Positions 1 through 8,623 of a stretch of 45,009 bases of DNA are shown here, one piece after another. Every line of letters starts with the position of its first letter. Positions within the stretch are counted from its first letter, which is position 1. The translations under genes were made by a program, and so were the position numbers. The stretch is from an uncultured archaeon (GTDB taxonomy: Archaea > Thermoproteota > Nitrososphaeria > Nitrososphaerales > Nitrosopumilaceae), in assembly GCA_950073955.1 (NCBI GenBank), contig CATMRH010000001.1, forward strand, positions 1 through 45,009. The letters are read 5' to 3'. A model generated the notes under the pieces. That model saw only the letters and a list, made by a program, of their open reading frames with translations, had not been told where the DNA came from and did not search any database.

Positions 1-650
1 CTTCAATGGCACTAAGAAAAAAAAGCATCTCAGATCTTACTAGAAGAGGACTTAACCCAATTCTTGCAAAGAACACCCAATACATGCAAAGAAGTTCTGT
101 TTCTCTCGTTGTAAATTTGGTAGGACTTAAAGAAGCAGTTTTTAACATACTTGGATTCCACGATAACAAACAAGGACGTGGAATTCTTCACAAAGTCATT
201 GAAACTGCAGTTGACGTTGGAACCAAAAAAGGCAAAGAATTAGGCGATTCTGTGGCTATTTGTATGACTGAAACTGAAGGTTCACATCATTTTGCTACTC
301 TAGATGGTGTGAAATATGGCAAGAATTCTGCCCTTAGTTCAATGGAAAGTGATTCTTATTCTGAAGGAGTGGTAATTAATGCCTCTGAAATTGGTGATTA
401 TACCAATAAAAGTGAACTTATCTCTGAATGTAACAAATTCTCCAAATTACTTAACGGAGGATTACTCGTAACATTGAAAATTGATAAAAATTCAAAGATT
501 GAAGAAATTAAAAAATCAATTGAGAAACTATCTACACTCACACCTTCTTTCAAACCTGTTATGAAAATTTCAATTTGTGGTGAGTGTGGTTTCAAAGATG
601 AACCATTTGAAGACAAGTGTCCAAAGTGTAAGTCACCATATGTTATCTGA
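1..650 (+). CDS. C-terminal part of a degenerate anaerobic (class III) ribonucleoside-triphosphate reductase-like protein; 5' end outside window
   Basis: Frame is open to the window edge. Order of motifs follows NrdD (NLVGLKEA, TETEGSHHFATLD, NGG, ICGECG...CPKCKS zinc ribbon) but the protein stops before any RxxGY glycyl-radical motif. Confidence 0.7.
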   Translation, partial: SMALRKKSISDLTRRGLNPILAKNTQYMQRSSVSLVVNLVGLKEAVFNILGFHDNKQGRGILHKVIETAVDVGTKKGKELGDSVAICMTETEGSHHFATLDGVKYGKNSALSSMESDSYSEGVVINASEIGDYTNKSELISECNKFSKLLNGGLLVTLKIDKNSKIEEIKKSIEKLSTLTPSFKPVMKISICGECGFKDEPFEDKCPKCKSPYVI

Positions 651-813
651 AATTCGTAAACGAAAAACTAGTAACGATTATTTTTTAAAACTTTCTGACC
701 AGTTTCCAATGTAGCGATAATCGTTGTTTACCATCAAAATTATGCTAATATGAACTTCATAATACTGGTGTCAACATTATTGAACCGAGCTTTAAGAAAA
801 AGTTGCAGAATCA

Positions 814-853
814 TTTATACACATATTGCTCATAATCTCTACGGGGAGATTAT
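814..853 (+). promoter_or_regulatory. Putative nrdJ promoter: TATA box, palindrome and Shine-Dalgarno-like element
   Basis: TTTATA at 814-819; ATAATCTC-N6-GAGATTAT at 832-853; GGGGAG at 843-848 ahead of TTG at 856. Confidence 0.55.
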
Positions 854-855
854 AA

Positions 856-3507
856 TTGGACAATTCACAAATAGAAAGTACTATCAATGAGATCCGTAAG
901 CGTAACGGCACTGTAACGGTCTTTAATAAAGATAAAATCTCAAATGCTATATTCAAGGCATTAGAAGCCACCTCTAAATCTGATCGTGGTCTAGCTGAAC
1001 AACTTACAGATAACGTAATTAACAAACTAGTGGAGCAAGGGTTTACGAGTTCTAAAGCGCCTACTGTTGAAGATATTCAAGATATTGTAGAGTCAACTTT
1101 AATCGATAGCGGTAATAGCGATATAGCAAAAGCATACATCGTTTACAGACACGAGCGAAGAAAACTAAGAGATGAAAAAATGAAAATCTTGAATCTAAAG
1201 TCTCTTGATCCAGTTTCCAAAAAATTTGATTTGAATTGTCTGAGGGTCCTAGCATCAAGATATCTCTTCAGAAATGGAAAAAATGAGATCATTGAATCTC
1301 CAACTCAAATGTTTGAAAGAGTTGCAATTCTAGTCGTAATTGGTGATATTTTATATGATTCACAAATATTTGACAAAGCAGGAAATACTAACCAGGATAT
1401 AGATGAAGCAAAATCTTATCTTGAAAAACTCGATGCCTTTGACTATAAATTCAAAGTCGGAGATTATTATCTAAACAAATGGCATTTTAGGTCATTAATC
1501 AGTCACTATGTAACCCTTGCAAACAAAGGTCAAATGAAGATTAGCTTCAAAGAACTTTTGACATTACTAGCAGCAAAAAAGCTTGACAGTTATGCAGATA
1601 GAATAACCGAAAACCTTGAGCTTATGACCTCACAAGACTTTCTACCAAATTCACCAACAATGATGAATGCAGGTGGAAGATTGGGACAACTCTCAGCATG
1701 CTTTGTGCTTAGTATGGAAGATGGCATGGAACAAATCATGAAATCAACCTCTGATGCAGCATTGATCTTCAAGTCAGGTGGTGGCGTTGGAATAAACTAC
1801 TCTGATCTTCGTGAGGAAGGCGATATTGTGGCATCAACATCTGGTGTTGCATCCGGTCCAGTATCCTTTATGAATATTATCAATACTGTCACTGAAGTTG
1901 TCAAACAAGGTGGAAAAAGACGTGGTGCAAACATGGGAATCATTGAAGCATGGCATCCTGATGTTGAAAAGTTCATCACAAACAAAACAGAACCAGGTGT
2001 TTTAGAAAACTTTAACGTTAGTGTTGGTATCTGGGAAGACTTTTGGCATGCACTTGTTAACACTAAAGATGGCAACTATGTATTACGTAGTCCACGTGAC
2101 AACAAACCAGTTAAAGAAATTAGTGCACATCAACTAATTGATCTGATTGCGCTATCTGCATGGAAGAGTGGAGAACCTGGATTGATCTTCTTTGATCAAA
2201 TTAACAAATACAACGTATTTGCTAAGGCCAGACAAGCACCAATAAGAGCAACAAACCCATGTGGTGAACAAAGTCTCTATCCATACGAATCATGTAACCT
2301 TGGTTCTATCAACTTGGTAAATCTTGTAAAGAAACAAGCAGATGGAACTTATGAATTTGATTGGCAAAGATATGAAGAAATAATCAGAAAGACAACAAAA
2401 TTCCTAGATAATATTATCGATGTAAATAACTATCCAGTTGAAGAAATCACTATAGCATCAAAAGAGTCTAGAAGAATTGGACTTGGAGTGATGGGAGTTG
2501 CTGATCTCTTATACAAACTAAGAATTCCATATAACTCCAAAGAGGGATATGATCTACAAGCAAAACTATCTGAAGCTCTAACATACTATTCAATGGAAGA
2601 AAGTGTTGCCCTTGCTAAATCTCGTGGTGAGTTCCCACTTTGTTCGAAGACAGAATATCCTGAAGGAAAGATTCCAGTATCAGGATACTATGAGAAACCA
2701 AAAGAATCTCATTCCTACGAATGGGATGCACTAATTGAGAAAATCAAAAAGTATGGTATCAGAAATGTCTTAGCTACCACAGTTGCCCCGACTGGTACAC
2801 TATCTATGATTGCAGATTGTTCAAACGGAATGGAACCTGCATTTGCTCTTGTGTTTGAAAAGAGAGTTACTGTTGGAAGATTCTTCTATACAAACAAGAT
2901 TGTCGAAGAAGTTTTGAAAGAAAATGGACTTTACAGCGATGAACTTCTTGCAAAGATTGCAGATAACTATGGTTCACTGAAAGGACTTGATGAAATTCCA
3001 CAATGGATGCAAGATGTCTTTGTAACGGCAATGGATATCCACTGGGCTGATCATCTTATGGCTCAGGCAGTATGGCAAGATTGGATTGGAAATGCAATTG
3101 CAAAAACAATCAACATGCCATATGATGTAACTGCAGAAGATGTAAAATCTGCTTACCTGTTAGCACATGAATTAGGACTAAAAGGAATTACGGTTTATCG
3201 TGATGGTTCTAGGCACAAGCAGGTACTTCACATGACAAGTGAAAATGCACAAAAGACATTTGAGGTTACACCCACCGAGCATGTTACTGGTTTTGTAACA
3301 GCAAATATCACAAACCCATACATTAAATCTCAAGTCAATGCTGCACTTGCAATTAAGGTTCATGACGAAGAAATTAAAGCTGAATCTATAATACACGAAG
3401 AAATTTCAGAAGATCGTTTGTGTCCTACATGTAAAAACAATCTTGTCTTTGTAGAAGGTTGCAGTATGTGCATTGAATGTGGATACAGCGGTTGTACTTC
3501 TGGATAA
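856..3507 (+). CDS. nrdJ: Adenosylcobalamin-dependent (class II) ribonucleotide reductase with N-terminal ATP cone and C-terminal zinc ribbon
   Basis: IRKRNG ATP cone, FLPNSPTMMNAG, QLSACFV, GGKRRGANMG, TNPCGEQ, CNLGSINL, VAPTGT, KGITVYRDGS, terminal CPTC...EGCSMCIECGYSGC. Confidence 0.97.
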   Translation: MDNSQIESTINEIRKRNGTVTVFNKDKISNAIFKALEATSKSDRGLAEQLTDNVINKLVEQGFTSSKAPTVEDIQDIVESTLIDSGNSDIAKAYIVYRHERRKLRDEKMKILNLKSLDPVSKKFDLNCLRVLASRYLFRNGKNEIIESPTQMFERVAILVVIGDILYDSQIFDKAGNTNQDIDEAKSYLEKLDAFDYKFKVGDYYLNKWHFRSLISHYVTLANKGQMKISFKELLTLLAAKKLDSYADRITENLELMTSQDFLPNSPTMMNAGGRLGQLSACFVLSMEDGMEQIMKSTSDAALIFKSGGGVGINYSDLREEGDIVASTSGVASGPVSFMNIINTVTEVVKQGGKRRGANMGIIEAWHPDVEKFITNKTEPGVLENFNVSVGIWEDFWHALVNTKDGNYVLRSPRDNKPVKEISAHQLIDLIALSAWKSGEPGLIFFDQINKYNVFAKARQAPIRATNPCGEQSLYPYESCNLGSINLVNLVKKQADGTYEFDWQRYEEIIRKTTKFLDNIIDVNNYPVEEITIASKESRRIGLGVMGVADLLYKLRIPYNSKEGYDLQAKLSEALTYYSMEESVALAKSRGEFPLCSKTEYPEGKIPVSGYYEKPKESHSYEWDALIEKIKKYGIRNVLATTVAPTGTLSMIADCSNGMEPAFALVFEKRVTVGRFFYTNKIVEEVLKENGLYSDELLAKIADNYGSLKGLDEIPQWMQDVFVTAMDIHWADHLMAQAVWQDWIGNAIAKTINMPYDVTAEDVKSAYLLAHELGLKGITVYRDGSRHKQVLHMTSENAQKTFEVTPTEHVTGFVTANITNPYIKSQVNAALAIKVHDEEIKAESIIHEEISEDRLCPTCKNNLVFVEGCSMCIECGYSGCTSG

Positions 3508-3522
3508 ATAATAGAATCACAA

Positions 3523-3543
3523 CTTTTTTACTTTCTTTCCTTT
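3523..3543 (+). terminator. Pyrimidine/T-rich tract after nrdJ, likely archaeal terminator
   Basis: CTTTTTTACTTTCTTTCCTTT about 15 nt after the stop codon. Confidence 0.45.
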
Positions 3544-3553
3544 ACTAATCTAC

Positions 3554-4678
3554 ATGGACAAGAAAATTCTAGGCGTAGTTACAGGCATAGCAGTAATTAT
3601 TGCTGTTGCAGCAGCTGTTTTGAACTCATCTAGTCCAGATCCAGAAATTATTACTATTCTAGAACCTAATGAAAAAATTGGTCTTGTAATTAATTCCCCA
3701 AATCAATTTGTAACACTACAAGAATTAGATCAGATTTACTCTAAAGCCTCAAGTACTGGAATTGGAAGAAGTAATGTCTATCTTTTTTGGAATCTAGTTG
3801 AACCTGTACGAGGAGAGTATGATTGGCAACAATCAGACACATTGATGAGCTTTAACAAAAAAAATAATCTCAAAGTCACACTTTACTTTTCTATAATTAA
3901 TGGAGAAACACTTGGACCTTTTCCAAGTTGGATTGGTAAACCACCTCTTAATTTCTTAGGAGAAGATAGAGTTGTTAGTGTCCTTGATGCAATTTTATCA
4001 AGATATGATAATATAGATACCCTAATTCCTTCAGGAGAAACAGAGTCTCAATTTAGATTTTATGAGCAGAACATTCCTGTCTATAAAGAACTATTCAATG
4101 GAGTATATGATAAAATTAAAGAGAAACATCCAGATGTAAAAATAGGAAATGCGTTTGCATTACATAATGTTTTAAATAAAAACTTGCAATATATTGTATC
4201 TGATTTAGCTATTGGTGATTTTGTAGCATTTTCTTATTCCCCAGTTGATGTTCTAAATGATATTGTTAAAACTCCACAACAAGCAAAACAAGATCTACAA
4301 CAAGTATTTGATCTGGTAGGCGATAAAAAAGTTGGAATTTTTGAGATTAGTTGGAGTACCTCCGATTTTGTTGGGGGAAGCGATTCCACACAAACAAAGT
4401 TTTTAGAAAAATCCTTTGAATTTTACACTGAAAATAAATCTGAATTGGAATTTTTTACTTGGTATAGACAGTATGACAAGCCTGAAGGAACATGTGTGAT
4501 TGATGAACAGGGAATTGGTGATGATACCCTAACTGTTGGGGGTTCTGGTTTTGGAAGCAGTGAACATGTTATTGAACGATTAAGTAACTACATCTGTAAT
4601 GCTGGTTTGATCAATGATGATGGAATTTCAAAATCAAGCTGGAATGAATTTAAAAAACAAATTGAAATGATCAATTAA
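3554..4678 (+). CDS. Membrane-anchored or secreted glycoside hydrolase-like TIM-barrel protein (clan GH-A-like)
   Basis: N-terminal hydrophobic segment; WNLVEPVRGEYDW motif; Glu in SGETE and IFEISWST at plausible acid/base and nucleophile positions. Confidence 0.6.
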   Translation: MDKKILGVVTGIAVIIAVAAAVLNSSSPDPEIITILEPNEKIGLVINSPNQFVTLQELDQIYSKASSTGIGRSNVYLFWNLVEPVRGEYDWQQSDTLMSFNKKNNLKVTLYFSIINGETLGPFPSWIGKPPLNFLGEDRVVSVLDAILSRYDNIDTLIPSGETESQFRFYEQNIPVYKELFNGVYDKIKEKHPDVKIGNAFALHNVLNKNLQYIVSDLAIGDFVAFSYSPVDVLNDIVKTPQQAKQDLQQVFDLVGDKKVGIFEISWSTSDFVGGSDSTQTKFLEKSFEFYTENKSELEFFTWYRQYDKPEGTCVIDEQGIGDDTLTVGGSGFGSSEHVIERLSNYICNAGLINDDGISKSSWNEFKKQIEMIN

Positions 4679-4679
4679 A

Positions 4680-5348
4680 ATGATTTCCTTAATTTTATCT
4701 GAATCAGCATTAGAACTTGTTCCATCTGAATTAAAACATCATCCATCAGTTATTTCTCATGCAAGAAAACTTGGAAAACGCACATCAGAAATTTTACTAG
4801 ATAATTCTTGGCATTTTGCAGCTATGAAAGGAATCAAAAATGAAATGAAAAGAGGACGACCAGATCTAGTGCACTTTTCAATACTTGAAGCTACTACAAT
4901 TCCATTATATCTACAAAACAAAATGAAATTTTTTGTTCATACAACTGATGATAAAGTGATATACTTTGGTCAAAATGTTCATGTGCCTAAATCATATCAT
5001 AGATTTGAAGGTCTAATTGAAAAATTGTATCAAGAAAAAAAAATTATAACAAATAATGATGTATTACTTGAGATTAAGGAAAAAACATTTCCAGAGTTAT
5101 TAGATGAGATTAATCCATCAAAAGTAATTGGACTTTCAACTAAAGGTACACTAAACTCATATGAAAAAATTGCTGCAGAAATATCAGATAATACATGTAT
5201 TGTAATTGGAGGATTCCAAAAAGGAAATTTTTCTGATTCAATTGAAAACAAAATAAGTACTTTGTATTCTATTGGTAATGAATCGTTTGAAGGTCATGTT
5301 GTAGTTGCTAGGATGCTTTATGAGTATGAAAAAACCATTTTTATGTAG
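4680..5348 (+). CDS. nep1: Nep1/EMG1 rRNA small-subunit pseudouridine methyltransferase (SPOUT)
   Basis: ESALELVP, LLDNSWH, RGRPDLVH, PKSYHRFEGL, IGGFQKG motifs. Confidence 0.93.
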   Translation: MISLILSESALELVPSELKHHPSVISHARKLGKRTSEILLDNSWHFAAMKGIKNEMKRGRPDLVHFSILEATTIPLYLQNKMKFFVHTTDDKVIYFGQNVHVPKSYHRFEGLIEKLYQEKKIITNNDVLLEIKEKTFPELLDEINPSKVIGLSTKGTLNSYEKIAAEISDNTCIVIGGFQKGNFSDSIENKISTLYSIGNESFEGHVVVARMLYEYEKTIFM

Positions 5349-5370
5349 GAACTAAAATTTGCATTCTGTT

Positions 5371-5444
5371 GCAGTCATAGTATAGCCTGGTTAGTATTCG
5401 GGGTTTCCAACCCTGTGACGCGGGTTCGAATCCCGCTGACTGCA
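5371..5444 (+). tRNA. tRNA-Gly (anticodon TCC), no intron, CCA not encoded
   Basis: Acceptor GCAGTCA/TGACTGC, D loop AGCCTGGTTA, anticodon stem CGGGG/CCCTG with loop TTTCCAA, T arm GCGGG-TTCGAAT-CCCGC, discriminator A, then a T6 tract. Confidence 0.97.
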
Positions 5445-5495
5445 TTTTTTCATAATAATGAGAACCAATTTTTAGGTGTACTTTTAAAAATTATT

Positions 5496-5798
5496 ATGAA
5501 ACCCGCAGTTAGAAAAATTGCAATGGAGAGAATGCAAATTCTTATTGAAAATGCAATTACTAACGCCAAAACAAATCCTGAACTTTCTCAGCGTCAGGCT
5601 TTACTCGCTCGTCGAATTAGCAGTAGACATAAAATTCGAATGCCTTATGATTTGAGGATGGTTTTTTGCAAAAAATGCAAGTCCTTCATTGCGCCTGGAA
5701 TTAATTCTAGAATCCGTCTAGGAAGAGCATCTGTCAAGTCGATCAGAATATCTTGTTACTTGTGTGGGCATACTTATCGTAAAATAATACCTCAATGA
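5496..5798 (+). CDS. rnp4: Ribonuclease P protein component 4 (Rpp21)
   Basis: KIAMERMQIL, FCKKC...PG...RIRL...CYLCG zinc motif. Start moved to ATG 5496 because the listed start at 5415 lies inside the tRNA. Confidence 0.92.
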   Translation: MKPAVRKIAMERMQILIENAITNAKTNPELSQRQALLARRISSRHKIRMPYDLRMVFCKKCKSFIAPGINSRIRLGRASVKSIRISCYLCGHTYRKIIPQ

Positions 5799-5829
5799 TT
5801 TATAAGACGATTCTTAATTTTTTCACTTC

Positions 5830-6282
5830 ATGGCAAAGGTATACGATGTACCACCGGATGTATTGATAGGAAGACTTGCAGCTATTCTAAAGAATGAAGA
5901 TATTCCTGCACCTTCATGGATTCCATTTGTCAAAACTGGAGCTCATGCTGATAAACCACCACAAGACAGAGAATGGTGGCATACTAGATGTGCATCATTG
6001 ATGAGAAAAATTTACCTTAATGGTCCTATTGGAGTTAATGAACTAAGAAATGAATATGGTGGTGGTAGACCATCTGGGTATGGAGCTGCACACCACAAAG
6101 ATGCTAGTGGTGCAATTATCCGTAATGCCATTCACGGATTAGAAAAACTTGGTTATCTAGAGAAAGTTGAGAAGAAAGGCCGTGTTATTTCCAAACAAGG
6201 AATGCAAAAACTCGATAGACTAGCAACAGAAATTCTTAAAGAACTAATTGTAGAAAATCCTCAATTGAAAGTATATACTTAG
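5830..6282 (+). CDS. rps19e: 30S ribosomal protein S19e
   Basis: VYDVPPD, WIPFVKTG, WWHTRCASLMRKIY, SGAIIR, GRVISKQG. Confidence 0.98.
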   Translation: MAKVYDVPPDVLIGRLAAILKNEDIPAPSWIPFVKTGAHADKPPQDREWWHTRCASLMRKIYLNGPIGVNELRNEYGGGRPSGYGAAHHKDASGAIIRNAIHGLEKLGYLEKVEKKGRVISKQGMQKLDRLATEILKELIVENPQLKVYT

Positions 6283-6289
6283 ATTTAAA

Positions 6290-6637
6290 ATGAGTTTTCC
6301 AAATCCGGATGAACCAGAATATCATGGACATTCCCATAATGATGGAACAGAACCTCACTCCCATGATGGTTCAGAACCTCATGAACATTCGCATAGTGAG
6401 GCAGAAATTTCAGCACAAAAAGAACAAATTCTAAAACAGATTCTTACATCAGAAGCCAGAATGAGATTAAATAATATCAAAATGGTAAAACCAGAATTGT
6501 CTAACCTTGTAGAACAATATCTCATTGGAATGGCCACTCAAAGAAAGATTCCTGGTCAAATAACTGATGATCAACTAAAGCAAATCTTGCTCTCTATTCA
6601 GCAACCAAAACGAGATTTCAAGATAAATCGAATCTAA
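6290..6637 (+). CDS. PDCD5/TFAR19-like DNA-binding protein with His-rich N-terminal extension
   Basis: ILKQILTSEARMRLNNIKMVKPE...ITDDQLKQIL...KRDFKINR core; usual position after rps19e in archaea. Confidence 0.9.
   Translation: MSFPNPDEPEYHGHSHNDGTEPHSHDGSEPHEHSHSEAEISAQKEQILKQILTSEARMRLNNIKMVKPELSNLVEQYLIGMATQRKIPGQITDDQLKQILLSIQQPKRDFKINRI
6323..6394 (+). repeat. Coding tandem repeat (HSHxDGxEP-like, about 2.5 units)
   Basis: DNA units gatggaacagaacctca and gatggttcagaacctca; protein HGHSHNDGTEPHSHDGSEPHEHSH. Confidence 0.8.
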
Positions 6638-6678
6638 TTCTGATAAAATATAATTATGGGTCTAAAATTGGGTTAGTC

Positions 6679-7755
6679 ATGAAAGCAGTTGTATACACTG
6701 AATATGCACCAGATGATAATTTTGCTAAAATACTCAAAGTCCAAGATATTGATGACCCAAAACCAAAAGCAGATGAAGTAGTTTTTGAAGTTAAATCTGC
6801 TGCAATAAATTTTAATGATATTTGGGGAATGAGAGGAAATCCAGTTCCTGTTCCATTACCACACGTATCAGGATCTGATGCAGCAGGAGATGTAATTGCA
6901 GTAGGTGATGATGTTAAAAATATCAAAGTTGGAGACAAAGTAGTTTCTCATTCGAACATGTCATGCAGAGTTTGTAAAGCATGTACTGATGGTAGAGAAT
7001 TTGATTGTCTTAAGAGAACTATTTGGGGATTCCAGACTGGCCCAAATTGGGGAGCATTTTCTGAAATTACCCATCTACCAGAAGTTAATGTAGCAAAAAT
7101 TCCAGAAGGACTATCATATGATCAAGCAGCCGCTGCATCTATGACTTTACTGACATCATGGCATATGTTAGTTGGAAGAGCCAAAATTACACCAGGACAA
7201 ACTGTCTTGATTATGGGTGGTGGTTCTGGAGTAGGCAGCTTTGGTATTCAAATTGCAAAACTATACAATTGTGATGTTATTGCAACAGCAAGTCCAAATA
7301 AACTAGACAAATGTCTCGCACTTGGAGCAGATTATGCAGTAGACCATAGAAAAGAAGACTGGCATAAAGAAGTCAGAGCAATTACAAAAGAGATAGCAAA
7401 GAAGAAAGGCGAAGCACCAGGAATTGATATCTCCTTTGATCACATTGGTGAGACACACTGGAACAAACAACTAACCTTACTCAAATATGGTGCAACTCTT
7501 GTTTCATGTGGTGCAACTACTGGATACAATGCCCAAACTGATCTAAGACATGTCTTCTTTAAAGGAACTAATATCTTAGGTTCAACACAAGGAACTAAAG
7601 CTGAATTAGAACAAGGTCTTTACTGGATGGGTCAAGGAAAAATCAAAGCAACAATTGATTCAACAAATACCTTTGAACAAGCAGCAGAGGCCCATACAAA
7701 GATGTTAACTGGAAACCTCTTTGGCAAAGTCTTACTGAAGCCAGAAGGCGTTTAG
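6679..7755 (+). CDS. Medium-chain dehydrogenase/reductase, enoyl-CoA reductase-like (candidate acryloyl-CoA reductase)
   Basis: Structural zinc motif CRVCKAC-x7-C and GGGSGVG nucleotide-binding loop present; catalytic zinc ligands replaced (AINFND, GSDAAG). Confidence 0.8.
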   Translation: MKAVVYTEYAPDDNFAKILKVQDIDDPKPKADEVVFEVKSAAINFNDIWGMRGNPVPVPLPHVSGSDAAGDVIAVGDDVKNIKVGDKVVSHSNMSCRVCKACTDGREFDCLKRTIWGFQTGPNWGAFSEITHLPEVNVAKIPEGLSYDQAAAASMTLLTSWHMLVGRAKITPGQTVLIMGGGSGVGSFGIQIAKLYNCDVIATASPNKLDKCLALGADYAVDHRKEDWHKEVRAITKEIAKKKGEAPGIDISFDHIGETHWNKQLTLLKYGATLVSCGATTGYNAQTDLRHVFFKGTNILGSTQGTKAELEQGLYWMGQGKIKATIDSTNTFEQAAEAHTKMLTGNLFGKVLLKPEGV

Positions 7756-7762
7756 TCATTTA

Positions 7763-8623
7763 ATGACACAGCTATTCCGTAGCCTCATTTTTGTTCCTGG
7801 AAATAATTCAAGATTTCTCCAAAAAGCAAAAAAGCTTAAAGCTGACATTGTTTGTTTTGATCTAGAAGATTCTGTTCCAGACAATGAAAAGGAAAATGCA
7901 AGGAAACTAATCAAATCTGCATTAAAGTCTCGTAAATCATACGTATCTTCAATTTTTGTTCGTACTAACTCTTTGACATCTGGAGAAATTCCTTCTGATC
8001 TTAAGCAAGTAGTTCAAAAAGGCATTGATGGAATCGTTATTCCTAAAGTAAACAATATCAAAGATATGAAAAAAATTGAAAAAATACTATCTGGATTAGA
8101 AAAGACACGAAAACTAAAACCAATTCAAATAATTCCCTCCATTGAATCTGCAGAGGGAGTGGTTAACGTATTCAGCATTGCATCTTTTGGAAAAAGAGTT
8201 TCTGCAGTTGTCTTTGGTGTTTTTGATCTGCTAAATGATCTAGGAATTGAATATACAAAAGAATCACAAGGAGCCAAGTATTCAAGAGCAAAAATTCCTA
8301 TTGACGCACATGCAGCTGGAGTTGCAGTAATAGATGCAATTTGGCAGGATCTTAAAGACCCTAAAGGATTAGAAAAAGATTGCAAAATTGGAAAAAGTCT
8401 TGGGTATTCTGGAAAAAGTATCATACATCCAGATCAAATTCCTGTTGTACACAAATTGTTCCATCCAAACAAAAGTGAAATTTTATGGGCCAAGAAAGTA
8501 TGTAAAGTCTATCTTGAATCAACAAAAAAAGGAAAGGGTGCTACAACAGTTGATGGAAAAATGATAGATGAAGTACATTTCAAACAAGCAAAAGTACTTC
8601 TTGAACTTGTAAAACAATCATGA
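7763..8623 (+). CDS. HpcH/HpaI aldolase / citrate lyase beta-like CoA-ester lyase (CitE family)
   Basis: RSLIFVPGN, FDLEDSVP, IVIPKV, IESAEG, GKSIIHPDQI, GKMIDEVH. Confidence 0.92.
   Translation: MTQLFRSLIFVPGNNSRFLQKAKKLKADIVCFDLEDSVPDNEKENARKLIKSALKSRKSYVSSIFVRTNSLTSGEIPSDLKQVVQKGIDGIVIPKVNNIKDMKKIEKILSGLEKTRKLKPIQIIPSIESAEGVVNVFSIASFGKRVSAVVFGVFDLLNDLGIEYTKESQGAKYSRAKIPIDAHAAGVAVIDAIWQDLKDPKGLEKDCKIGKSLGYSGKSIIHPDQIPVVHKLFHPNKSEILWAKKVCKVYLESTKKGKGATTVDGKMIDEVHFKQAKVLLELVKQS

Noticed and set aside
651-855. Cobalamin riboswitch upstream of B12-dependent nrdJ
   Set aside because: No B12-box or other conserved riboswitch elements are visible, and the region is too AT-rich for that fold.
1330-1620. 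Intein in NrdJ (extra segment before the PNSP motif)
   Set aside because: No Cys/Ser start, His-Asn end or LAGLIDADG motif; it reads as an ordinary archaeal insertion.
5415-5495. N-terminal extension of Rpp21 given in the ORF track
   Set aside because: It overlaps the tRNA-Gly 3' half and its T tract; the real start is most likely ATG 5496.
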